In this document: positions 1-10,710 of the stretch, in pieces
How the letters are laid out: every line of letters begins with the position of its first letter
How positions within the stretch are numbered: the stretch's first letter is position 1
Assembly (NCBI RefSeq): GCF_009834535.1
Contig: NC_045713.1
Coordinates: forward strand, 2,790,001-2,854,000
DNA from: Camelus ferus
Taxonomy: Eukaryota
Direction of reading: 5' to 3'
DNA: 64,000 nt
Notes under the pieces: generated by a model
Databases searched by the model: none
The model's input: only the letters and a program-made list of their open reading frames with translations
Told to the model about the DNA's origin: nothing
Position numbers and translations under genes: made by a program

Positions 1-526
1 TAGAAATGGTCTTGCTCTGTACAATCTTTTCTTTGGTACCACTTAGGAGGAAAGATATTCACTGATTTACCTGGGAGCCGAGGAGGAGGGTATCTTTGGA
101 AAGATTGTGTGGGTAGGGGGACTAATTTGATGGTGGTTTATTTGAAATGCAAACATGGCCATTTCCCATGAAATAAGTTGACCCTACAAATTCCACCCAC
201 ATATGCCTCCAAGAACATGAAGCAATGGAAATAGCAGAGGGAAAGAAATAATATTTTTTAAAAAAGGACAGAGACTATTATTCTGAAAACAGTACATTCA
301 GCAAGCACTTAATGAGCACTTACTGTAAATGTCCTACACTGTATGCAAGCATCTTACTACTGATAGAACTTTGATGAGTGATCCAAGGCTGATTTTAAAG
401 ACACATGTGGACCCCAGACAGCAAACCTCAGTTCAGAAGTGAGAGTGTTGGGTTCATCTACTCGGTATATGTGTTTCCAGAACATGTATAAGGCACCATG
501 GTGGGTTCTACAGCAAGGCTACACTG

Positions 527-735
527 CACAGTGGCTAAGAATGTAGTTTCAGTAGCATAGGTTTAAATTCCGGAGCCCCAGGTGCTCGCCAGGTGAGTGC
601 ACAAACTCTCTTCTTCTCAGTGTCCTCATCTACAATTTGGAGACAACAATGACACCTACCTCACTGGGTTATTATCAGGAGTAAACAGGCTACTTTAGTA
701 AGCACCTGGCATATAGGAAAGCACTCTATACTTTC
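527..735 (+). mobile_element. MIR SINE
   Basis: MIR-like order of motifs: cacagtggctaaga...ctcagtgtcctcatctacaatttggaga...acctacctcactgggtt...agcacctggcatatagg. Confidence 0.75.
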
Positions 736-2098
736 TGTATATGTTAGTTTGCTAACTAAATAAAATAGAGTTTGTTGGAAAGCTTATCAAGAAATAGTCC
801 TTGCCTTCAGGAGCTGACAGAAAGAGTTATAAGCTGATTCTAAAGGGCAGGAGCTCTTCATAAACCTTAGCCATAGAAACTGGGCTGGACCTCCAAATGA
901 AATCAACTTGCTGAAATGAACCCTGAGATCACCACTGCTATTGAACTCTGTTGATTCCGGGAACCTGGTAAAAGTTGGTCCTCTCTAGGCTAGTCTTCAT
1001 TCACAGCAAAAAGCAGCAGTTCTGAGATGTTACTTTCGGCAGGAAATAAACGATGATTGGAGGGCATTAAATTTTACTCCTGGTCACAGAATATTTTCTG
1101 TGTAGCGATAAAAACCATTTTAAACATCCTCAGTTTCAAATTCTTCCTCTTTTTCCATTCTCTCTCCTCATTCATGAGGTATTTATGACAAACTTTAAAT
1201 TTTTTTTAGTTTAAAATAAAGAGTTTAGTGCAGAGTAAAACTCTGTTGGTATTAAGTGTTGCTATTTGTTAGTTTGAATGTTAGGTAAATTTTTTAGAAA
1301 TTAAAAAGCTCCTTTTTTATCTCTGATTCCTTGGGCCAGGTACAGAAATGTTAAAAAAAATTTTTTTTGACCAACTCTCAGTACTTGCTTTCACTAAACA
1401 CTGCTTTTTGCTAATGTCATGTTGTCTCTTTGTCATCATTAGTCATGTGGAGACCTTGAAGATTCTATGAAAACAGCAAGAAAGGGCAAGATGTTCATTT
1501 CCTTGAGCAAAGATGGCTGACTCATGCCCTAAAAAGAGGCTCCAAGGCACATTCAAGCATCCACTGTCAATGAAAAGGCTCCATCAAGCCTCAGCCAACA
1601 CTGTTTCCAAGGGTCTTGGGGAGACCTTGCCGGGCAGTCTGGCACCAGGCTCAGGGTGCCCAACATCTGGGGAAAGGGCATTCCCAGTTTTGGGTGGAGA
1701 TTTTCTTTATGTTCCATCATCAGAGGGAAGAGGTGGAAATAATCACATCAAGAATAAAAAACAATAAACCTCCTAGAAGAAAATATAGGCAAAACATTAT
1801 CTGACATACATCTTAAAAATGCTCTCCTAGAGCAGTCTACCCAAGCAATAGAAATAAAAGCAATAATAAACAAATGGGACCTAATGAAACTTACAATTTT
1901 CAGCACAGCAAAGGAAACCATAAGCAAAACATAACAACAACCTATGGAATGGGAGAAAATTTTTGCAGACAATGAAACCGACAAAGGCTTGATCTCCAGA
2001 ATATATAAGCAGCTCATACAACTTAATAAGAAAAAAACAAACAACCCAATCCAATGGGCAGAAGACCTAAACAAGCAATTCTCCGAGGAAGAAATACA

Positions 2099-2342
2099 NN
2101 NNNNNNNNNNNNNNNNNNNNNNNNNNNNNNNNNNNNNNNNNNNNNNNNNNNNNNNNNNNNNNNNNNNNNNNNNNNNNNNNNNNNNNNNNNNNNNNNNNNN
2201 NNNNNNNNNNNNNNNNNNNNNNNNNNNNNNNNNNNNNNNNNNNNNNNNNNNNNNNNNNNNNNNNNNNNNNNNNNNNNNNNNNNNNNNNNNNNNNNNNNNN
2301 NNNNNNNNNNNNNNNNNNNNNNNNNNNNNNNNNNNNNNNNNN
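2099..2342. other. Assembly gap (244 N)
   Basis: Run of N inside the L1. Confidence 0.99.
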
Positions 2343-2401
2343 TTACCCTATGACCCAGGAATCCCGCTCCTGGGCATATACCCAGAAGGAACCCTACTTC
2401 A

Positions 2402-2559
2402 NNNNNNNNNNNNNNNNNNNNNNNNNNNNNNNNNNNNNNNNNNNNNNNNNNNNNNNNNNNNNNNNNNNNNNNNNNNNNNNNNNNNNNNNNNNNNNNNNNN
2501 NNNNNNNNNNNNNNNNNNNNNNNNNNNNNNNNNNNNNNNNNNNNNNNNNNNNNNNNNNN
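2402..2559. other. Assembly gap (158 N)
   Basis: Run of N inside the L1. Confidence 0.99.
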
Positions 2560-4089
2560 CATTTGCAGCAACATGGATGTTCCTAGAGAATGTCATTCTA
2601 AGTTAAGTAAGCCAGAAAGAAAGGAAAATACCATATAAGATGTGGAATCTAAAAAAAAAAAAAAGAACATAAATACAAAACAGAAACAGACTCATAGACA
2701 TAGAATAAAAACTTGTGGTTGCCAAGGGGGAGGAGGGTGGGAAGGGACAGACTGGGAGCTCGAGATTTGTAGATACTGACAGGCATATGTAGAATAGATA
2801 AACAAGATTATACTGTATAGCACAAGGAAATATATACAAGATCTTATGGTAGCTCACAGTGAAAAAAAATGTGACAATGAATATATGTATGTTCATGTAG
2901 AACTGAAAAATTGTGCTCTATACTGGAATTTGACACAACATTGTAAAATGACTATAATTCAAAAAAAAGTTTAAAAAATATACAAGATCTTGTGGTAGCT
3001 GACAGCAAAAAAAATGTGACAATGGATATATGTATGTTCATGTATAACTGAAAAATTGTGCTCTACACTGGAAATTGACACAACATTGTAAAATCACTAT
3101 AACTCAATAAAAAATGCTTTAAAAAAAGAATAAAAAACATTCCAATCACTGCTTTCCTCTTAGGTTAGGTCCTAATTAGGACTATCATTAAAAAAAAAAG
3201 GGAACAAGTTTTCAGGCTGGTGGCCAAAGACCCAAATAGGTGGACTCTGGATAGATACATAATCTAACTAGAAGCAGTTTTCGCTGGTTACATTAAGAAG
3301 CAATTACATGCACTCTTTAACCCAAATTTAAAGGTTACTTGGAGTTATAGCAAATAAGCTTTGAACCTCAGCCTTCGTACAGATCAGGGATTCTTACCTC
3401 CCTCTTGCCGGGAGCCACGTTTACCTGTTCCTGACTCCTATGAGCCTACAATGACGCCCTCCTTACAACTCCTTCAGTAACAAGAATCTCAGGGCTACCC
3501 TTTCAAGGGGCAATCCCTTACAAACCACAGAGGGACACAACCCTAGACTAAAGAACACTGTTAAATATGATTTTGATTTAGTGGCTCTGATTTATCTTTT
3601 GTACTGTGCAAGGAAAAAAAAAGGCAGTAATGTTTTATCAGCAGCTACATGGTAAGCATATTGTACACTTCAATTAGATTCCTTTATCTAGCACGTCCTG
3701 CCTTAAGTGAACTGCTGCCTCGTGTTTCTGCCGTCCCCAGGCAGGCACACGCAGCCCATGTTGAGGGTTCTAAGATGCTTTATTAAACAGAAAATTAATA
3801 TAATGCTATTGTGTCAGCTGGCAGCTTCTTGAGAGTGAAAGACTTTGCAGTATTTTATTATCCGAACCAAATTCCAGCTTCTGGGAACTGGCAACCCCAG
3901 AGACTTTAATATCGGTGCTTCCCCAGGAGAAAATTGCATAAGCCCCAATGTGAAGCTTTGGCTACAACCACATGAAGCCAAAACAACAAGTGATTATAAG
4001 AAGTGAGCCAAACACCTGGCTCTTTGCTGAGCAAGAATAAAACTGGCTTTTATATAGTGTATAAACTGGTGGGATTTGGGAGATTTGTG

Positions 4090-4230
4090 TAGGTTTCATT
4101 TATTTACTCAGTAAATGTTAAATGAGCCCCTTCTATGCTTGGCACTGTAGGTCCTGGAGAGAGGGGAATAAGCTCTGGACTTCAAGGCGCCCACTGTTTA
4201 GTAAAGAGAAAAACACGAAACAAAAGAATT
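4090..4230 (-). mobile_element. L2 3' fragment
   Basis: atttatttactcagtaaatgttaaatgagccccttctatgcttggcactg is the reverse of an L2 tail; L2-like sequence resumes at ~4810-5150. Confidence 0.6.
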
Positions 4231-4241
4231 ATAACACTGTA

Positions 4242-4775
4242 TGTGGCAGATGCTGTTGTCACTATCATTTACCCAATACTCAATCCTTTCTCCCATTTTT
4301 CTTGCAGATGCCAGTTGTGTTTGATTTGGTGATGTGCGCAACTCTATACTCACTTTATCAGCTTCCTTTGCAGCTAGAAGTAGGCTAGTCACATAATTCC
4401 GGACAATATATAAGCAGACGTCTAATGAGATATTTTGGGATAGCTTTTGTTCTTTTGTATAAAGAGGACAGACAAGGCCAGTGCTGCACTAACTTCCACC
4501 TTTTGCACTGAACTTAGATGTGATGCCTGGTGCCAGGGTAGCCATAATGCAACCAAGAGGTGACAGACATGTGAATGAGAGCTAACACTCAAAGCATGGA
4601 AAAATACAAGGATAGAAAAGTTCTGGCTTCCTGATGACAACACTGAGATCCTGAGTCAGTGCCAGATACCACCAAAACCTGGATGTTTTGTTAAATAAAA
4701 AAGAAATACCAAACACTTTATTTTTTACATAAGCCATTCTTCATCCAGTTTTCTGTTACTTCTATAGCTATATTC
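4242..4775 (+). mobile_element. MaLR solo LTR (MLT1H/J/K-like)
   Basis: Starts TGTGGCAGATGCTG; contains cttcctttgcagctagaagtaggctagtcaca, gatgtgatgcctggtgccagggtagccat and a ttttctgttact end. Confidence 0.7.
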
Positions 4776-5349
4776 CTCATAGAGCCTGCCATAAGAACTA
4801 AAAATATATTTATGTTATAGAGGAAAAGTGTGAGTATTCTTGGGTTGGGAAAGGTCAAGGAAGGTCATACTTCCTCCTTGAGAGGATACACTTCTTCCGT
4901 GGAATAATATTTAGATCAAGTTTCAGTGGAAGCAAAGGAGTTCCCTGGGGGGCTTAACATGGGGAAATGCAGATTAGACTGAGGGATCAGCACATGTGAA
5001 GGTTGGGTTGCATGAAAAAGGAGGGCATGCTGAGGAACCAGAGTGGTTCAACATGAAGGAAGAGTGGGTTTCGGGAAGGGAAAGTGTGCAAGAGATGGTA
5101 TGTGAAGATGGGAACATAAACAAGCGCTAGATTACAAGGGTTTTGAAAGTCAGATTAGTACATCAGTGAAGGCTTTAAGCAGGTAAGTGAAATGAGTGAA
5201 AGATAACTCGCTTTCATGGAAACATGCAAGAGAAAGGTTAGGGGGTTGGGAAGATGGCTTTAAGAAGACCAGTTTGAATGTAGTTTTATAATTACCCAAA
5301 ATGATTCTAAACCCTGGAGCCAATGAGTAGCTTTTACAGTATGTGGGGG

Positions 5350-5530
5350 AGAAATAACATTTGTATTTCAGGCCCAGCACATAGACTATCTTGTTGAATC
5401 TTTCTTTAACACACTGAGTTGGGCAATGTATCTCCATTTCAGAGATGAGAAGACTGAGTGTCAGGAGCTCAGGTCGTTGCCTAAGTTCTCACAGCCACAG
5501 GTAGGAGGTCTGGTTCCTAACCCTGCCTGA
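5350..5530 (-). mobile_element. MIR SINE
   Basis: ccatttcagagatgagaagactgag...ttgcctaagttctcacagc matches the reverse MIR core. Confidence 0.7.
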
Positions 5531-6009
5531 CACCTCTGACTACTGTGTGAAAAGAGACATTGCCCCCAGCTGGACGAGGGGTACCGGGGGACTCTGGATG
5601 TTAACACAGGGCCCCAGATATCTCAAACATGGTGACCAGGAAACTACTTTCCCGACCCTAAGAACCATCCAGCGAGAGGAAGGATGCAGGTAGATAGATC
5701 TTGCTGGGATGGTGTAGGTGTGCACAGGCTCTGTCAAAAACAGATCTGCGGGAGACAATCCCCCTTGATAAGAATTCCTTAGATCTGTGGGAGCCAGAAC
5801 CTTTGTCTTCAAGCTAGCCTAAGGTAGATCACCTAGAGACATTTTTTTAAAATGGTACCACTCATAATAAATCCTTTAAGAGTAATTTTCCCCAATTGCC
5901 AGGCACTGTTTTAAGTGCCTTACATGCATTAGCTCATTTAATCAGTGACAACATCACATGGGAAAACCTCCAAAGCAGGGTTTTTATGTTGTGCGTTCAA
6001 CCGCGTAGA

Positions 6010-6095
6010 GGCTGCCAATGTGGAGTGGTACCCCCCAGGGGGGTGGGGGTGGGGGGAGCAGCTGCCACCTGCTCCCTGCTATTTAAAACCTCTGC
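6010..6095 (+). promoter_or_regulatory. Candidate core promoter or enhancer (CCAAT, GT-box, E-boxes, TATA-like)
   Basis: CCAAT 6015-6019; G-runs/GGGTGGGG 6038-6056; CAGCTG 6059-6064; CACCTG 6066-6071; TATTTAAA 6080-6087. Motif evidence only. Confidence 0.3.
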
Positions 6096-6469
6096 AACAG
6101 GGTCTGGAGTGTGTATTCTTCAGGGCAGAGCCTCGGGAGAGAGGCACACAGGGGCTAAGATGGCTGAAGGGAAGCAGGGAGGAAAGGGAAGCAGTCAGCA
6201 TTTATCAGGACGTATTACATGGCTGAGCCAGGGCTGGTTCCTGTGAAAGCCCGTACAGAACTGGCTGCACAGTAACCACCCCTGAGCTAATGCTATCAAG
6301 AGAGCAGTTTAATGGCATTACCTGGGAAGAATCATGGCAGTTTTGTTCCTTCCCAGCGAGGAAATCCATTTTCACTTAGGACATCAACCAGGAAGTTCCA
6401 CAGCCAGCCGGACAGAATAAAGCATGGACCCCATGGCCCCATCTGGGCAGAACACAGGTGATAATTCTG

Positions 6470-6655
6470 ACTGCTAACATCTATCGAGTGCATACACACA
6501 TGCCAGGCACAGCCCTCAGCTCCGTATGTTTGTTATCTCACTTGATCCATCTGAGGTGAAAATGCCACCTCCAGCTTATAGATGAGGAAGAGTGAGACAT
6601 GGAGGGTTTCAGTAACTTGACCAAGTTCATCCAGCAGCTGAGCCAGGGGTTGAGA
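6470..6655 (-). mobile_element. MIR SINE
   Basis: atgccaggcacag...cttatagatgaggaagagtgagacatggagggtttcagtaacttgaccaagttcatccagc. Confidence 0.75.
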
Positions 6656-7027
6656 GTTGGGGGTTACAAAATACAACATACAGTGATCAGATAGTTAGAA
6701 GGGAGGCAGAGCGAACAAACTGAAGGGCCCATTCTGGGAGTGGTCAATAGCGGTCACATGCAAAACGCTGGGCAGCTAGAACGGCCTGGGCACCAGCCAG
6801 TCGGACTGGACGCTGGCCACGGGCTCCCCCCAGAGCTGGTAGGTGCAGAACAGCTGAGTGCATACCCAGGTGATGAGCAGGCCACCAGCATCAGGACACG
6901 TATTCTGGAAGGAAGCCAAACTTCCCAACACCAGCACAATAAGGATCTGGTTCCCAGAGCAAACTTTGAACAAATGTTTAAATGAAGACTGAGCATCTTC
7001 ACCGGGTTTTATTTCATTTCACGGTGC

Positions 7028-7420
7028 TCATTAATTCCTTCACTCCACCAGCAAGCATTTGTTGAGTACCCACTGTACCAGGCAGAGCTGTAAATGCCCG
7101 TAAGTGTGAGTAAGGAGAGACACAAATCCCTGCCGTCATGGAGTTTACGTTGCAGTAAAGAGAGAGAGAGATTAACTAAGCAAATGTGATAACTAGGTAA
7201 ACCATATGGGAAAATATTATGTGTTACACAATATAAAATAGGAACAGGTGGATTGGGAATGCTGAGGCTGGGGCCAGGGTCCCAGGGAAAAGGTGACATT
7301 TGAGCAATACTTAATGAAGGTGGAGAGTTAGCCGTGCAGGTATCTTGAAGAGCTTTTGTTCCAGGTGTTAGGAACAGGCAATTTACAGGCCGTAAGTGAA
7401 AGCAGTGTTTGGGCTTCACT
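7028..7420 (-). mobile_element. L2 LINE fragment
   Basis: caagcatttgttgagtacccactgtaccaggc...ccctgccgtcatggagtttac...aaggtgacatttgagcaatacttaatgaagg. Confidence 0.8.
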
Positions 7421-7477
7421 GGGGAAGAGAGGGGTTTTCAGCAAAACCAGTGAAGTAGAAATAAAAGCTACCAAGCA

Positions 7478-7680
7478 TGGCGTCCTGGACTCTATGGGAC
7501 AGGGCTCATATCCCAGCTCTACAAGGTTCTGAGCCTTACTTTCCTCATCTGTAAAATGGAAATAATACTCGTAGCTGTCTCACAGATTCTCATGAGGACT
7601 GAATTTGACAATATATATAAAGTGCTCAGAACGCTTGTGCAGGGCACACGGCGAGCCCTCAGTGATGTTTGCTACTCCAT
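7478..7680 (+). mobile_element. MIR SINE
   Basis: ctgagccttactttcctcatctgtaaaatggaaataata...gtgaggactgaat...aagtgctcagaac. Confidence 0.8.
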
Positions 7681-8339
7681 CGCTTCTCCCCACAGCACCT
7701 AATTCCACATTCACATTTTCAGGGTTACTGGCCTCCCCCATTTTACCTGTGGGGCAGAGGTTGGGTCCTACTTAATTCTGAATCTCCAGACCCTCAATTG
7801 GAATGTGGCACAGGACAAGCCCGGGGTAGAGAGCCGTAGAATTGGGGTCTGCTGGATGACCCAACGGGAAGCTAGATATAGGATTGTAAAGATGGGAACT
7901 GGGTCAGGTATTCCAGACCTCAGTCTGTAGAGGCAGGGGAAGTGGAGCCACGAATGTGGAAGAACCACTAGAAACAGACACTGACCGGAAGGGAACTATG
8001 TTAACCAAGACTGCGGGGCCCTTTACGGCTCTTAGGCAGAGGTATGATTTGTCCTGGGTCCAGGGTCACTGCCATCCATCAAGGAACAGAAGCTGGAGCC
8101 TCTTAACTGGAACATGCTGCTTCCTTCCCTCTGCAATATGCCTCCTGAGTCTCCGCGTCAGGGTCTGCCCAACATGACTTCACACCGGCACACAAACCGA
8201 GATGGGCCCCGATGAGCTGGAATTCAGCTCATGCCTCATTCATGGGATTTTTCTCTATTTCCAGTGACAAAACAAGCACTTTTTTTTTCTGGAAGCCTGA
8301 ATCTATGCTTTTCATGTATATCTGTCCTCAAATAGCCTG

Positions 8340-8780
8340 GGGACAACAGAGCTTGTGTGTTAGATGAGGAACAGAACAGGAAGAGGAGCAAAGGAAAAAT
8401 CTACGCTCAGTGGGAGGCTGGCCCCCACGCCCATGACGGTGAGACGGCTTGTGCACTGGCTGCCGGGCACCCTGCTCGGGCAGAAGGCGCCTCAGGAGCT
8501 GCCGTTAATTCCCGAGCCTCTCCTGCCACCAATTTTAGTCCAACTCCTTGATTTAATTACACTCCCGCATACAATAAAAAACTTGCGTTCTCCCATTCGC
8601 GATGAATATTAAGCTGATAGACCTGTAATTTCCTCCACCAGGCACACTCCCATTTTTGCATATTGATGCCGCATTTAGTTTGTTATTTTCTAATTTTCCG
8701 TCCTCCTGGTCCTGTGCTCACCACCTTCTCTCCATAATAATTTCTACCACCCTCTCCCCATAATAATTTCTATCAGCATG
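8340..8780. promoter_or_regulatory. Candidate conserved non-coding element / enhancer
   Basis: Non-repetitive and CpG-rich for this window; TAAT cluster, TGATTTAA at 8549-8556 and CAATAAAA at 8572-8579. Confidence 0.4.
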
Positions 8781-8785
8781 CACAT

Positions 8786-8787
<2 letters not shown>

Positions 8788-8822
<35 letters not shown>
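8788..8822. repeat. (CA)n microsatellite
   Basis: Perfect AC run. Confidence 0.98.
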
Positions 8823-8823
<1 letters not shown>

Positions 8824-9200
8824 CCTGCCTTCTGTCTCTCCTCCGACCCCACCCAGATGGTGAGCAGCACACACTTGAGCAATCTGAGCCCCCTTTTATA
8901 CCTGCCACAGCACAGAAAGAGGTCTGGGCTCTGGGCTCTGACTGGGGGGAGGGGGGGGCACATGGCTATAAGTGGGCAAGAAGAGACAATAAAGAACAGA
9001 GCTGCAGGTAGGGTTCTGAGGGTGAACACGGAGACTGGCCAGAAGGTGTGGGTGCCTTTAAGGTATTCGGGGGACATCAGCATCCCACAGGGAGGGAACA
9101 GGAATAAAAGTCGGAACGGGTTGGGGTGTCTAGCAAAACTCAGCCTGGCTCTCACATGTCCTCTCCTGGCAGCTGTCTGTGATTCTGTGACTTCCCTGGG

Positions 9201-9566
9201 TGGCCTGGTCAGCACGGCATGCTGTAACAAAACACCACAGAGCAGGCAGCTTATCAATCACAGACATTTATTTCTCCCAGTTCTGGAGGCTGGGAAATCC
9301 AAAATGAAGGCACCGATCAACTTGGTGTTTGGTAAATTTGGTGTCTGGTGAGGGCACATTTTGTCTTCTCGCTGTGTCCTCACCTAGGGGAAGGGGTTGG
9401 GAGCACAGCAGAATCTCTTTTATAAAAAAGCACTCATCCCATTCCCGAGAGCCCCATCCTCACGACCCAGTCACTTCCCAAAGGCCCCACTTCTTGACAC
9501 CATCACATTGGGAATTAGGATTCAACATATGAATTCTGGGGGGAGACACATATTCAGTTTATACCA
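9201..9566 (-). mobile_element. MaLR solo LTR (MLT1A-like)
   Basis: gctgtaacaaaacaccacag...atttatttctcccagttctggaggctgggaaatcc...ccatcacattgggaattaggattcaacatatgaattctggggg. Confidence 0.88.
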
Positions 9567-10519
9567 TTTGGCTTTAGAATCACTTAGAAGTCTTCCTATC
9601 ATCTCTCTGGCACCCTGTCTCAGGGGCAGCTCACTCCTGGCTCCACCCAGCTTGGTCTTGGACTCTCAAATCTGTGCATGTTCTCTGATTTCACTTGAAA
9701 TCACCCCCACCCCCTTAGTTTGGATTCTGTTTCATCCAACTTCTGCATCCGTTCTCACCCAAAACCTTCCTCCAGCACCACCATAGGCTCAGACTCCCCC
9801 ATCCTTCCCTAGGGACATTTTGGGGGTTTGCCGTGCCAGGACGGGGCTAACACTACTGGCACTGGCACTTGGACTCTGGTTTCAGGCTCATGATCCAGCC
9901 AAGTGCGAGGTCCCTTGCTCTCCATAAGTTGCCTCTCCACCAAAGGCAGGTAGAAGAAAGCAAAGGAAGCTCAGAACCACTCAACGCAGGTACCTTTGCC
10001 TGCATTTCCCAATGCTCCACTTCATGTTGACCCATTTGGACACTTCTAACCTCCTTGGTCCTCAGAGAAATTCTCCATTCATTGGCCCTGTGGCTGCTGA
10101 TGACCAGGTGAGGTCCCCACCTACTCTTCCACGTGGGACACTGGATAACACCTGTCAGGGGCTCCCAGCCCTTTGAGAGGGTGGGGGATACTATGCATGT
10201 CCCCCTGTGAATTCTAGTTCTCATTCACACAAGTCATTCCTTGAGACGATTGCGGAACAGAAGGGAAGCAAGCCCTGGGGATATCAGAACCTCCACGGAG
10301 GCCTATGTCAACATCAACACTTTCTGATGTATACCCTTACTGAGACTCGCTGATAGACAACTGCTGTTTACATTTGCGAAGTTTAGTAAGAAACTTAAGT
10401 GGACATTTTAAGAGGTGCACCCCTCCTGATGACATGGAGATAGTCTTTGGAAGCCACATGAAATGTAGATGCCTACTTACATTTTAACCTTAACTTGAGT
10501 GCTATGTGTTAAATAGATA

Positions 10520-10710
10520 GTGCATCATTTCATTTCGTCTTCACTGGACCCTGAAGGCAGACAATGTTTTCATTTTTATATTATAGATTGGGACATTGGA
10601 GTTCATAAATGGTGAATAATTTGCCCAGGTTCCACTGCTACTAGGTGGCAGGATGGAGATTCAAACTCAGAGCCTTTATCCGAAAGCCTACGTGCTGAAC
10701 CGCTATGCAG
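10520..10710 (-). mobile_element. MIR SINE
   Basis: aataatttgcccaggttccactgctactaggtggcaggatggagattcaaactcagag. Confidence 0.7.

Larger units (their letters stand above)
1764..2606 (+). pseudogene. L1 ORF2p C-terminal remnant
   Basis: Translation gives [46 protein letters not shown] and FAATWMFLENVILS, typical of the ORF2p C-terminus; interrupted by N runs and ends in a stop at 2604-2606. Confidence 0.9.
1764..3125 (+). mobile_element. 5'-truncated young L1 (ORF2 3' end, 3' UTR and A-rich tail) with a duplicated 3' terminus
   Basis: ORF2 C-terminal peptides, L1 3' UTR and A-rich tail; exact 14-bp target-site duplication AAGAATAAAAAACA at 1750-1763 and 3126-3139. Confidence 0.95.

Noticed and set aside
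1944-2606. 220-aa ORF as a host gene
   Set aside because: It is L1 ORF2 remnant and mostly X from N gaps
8718-9351. 179-aa and 164-aa overlapping ORFs
   Set aside because: They run through a (CA)n microsatellite and an MLT1A LTR, with no homology recognised
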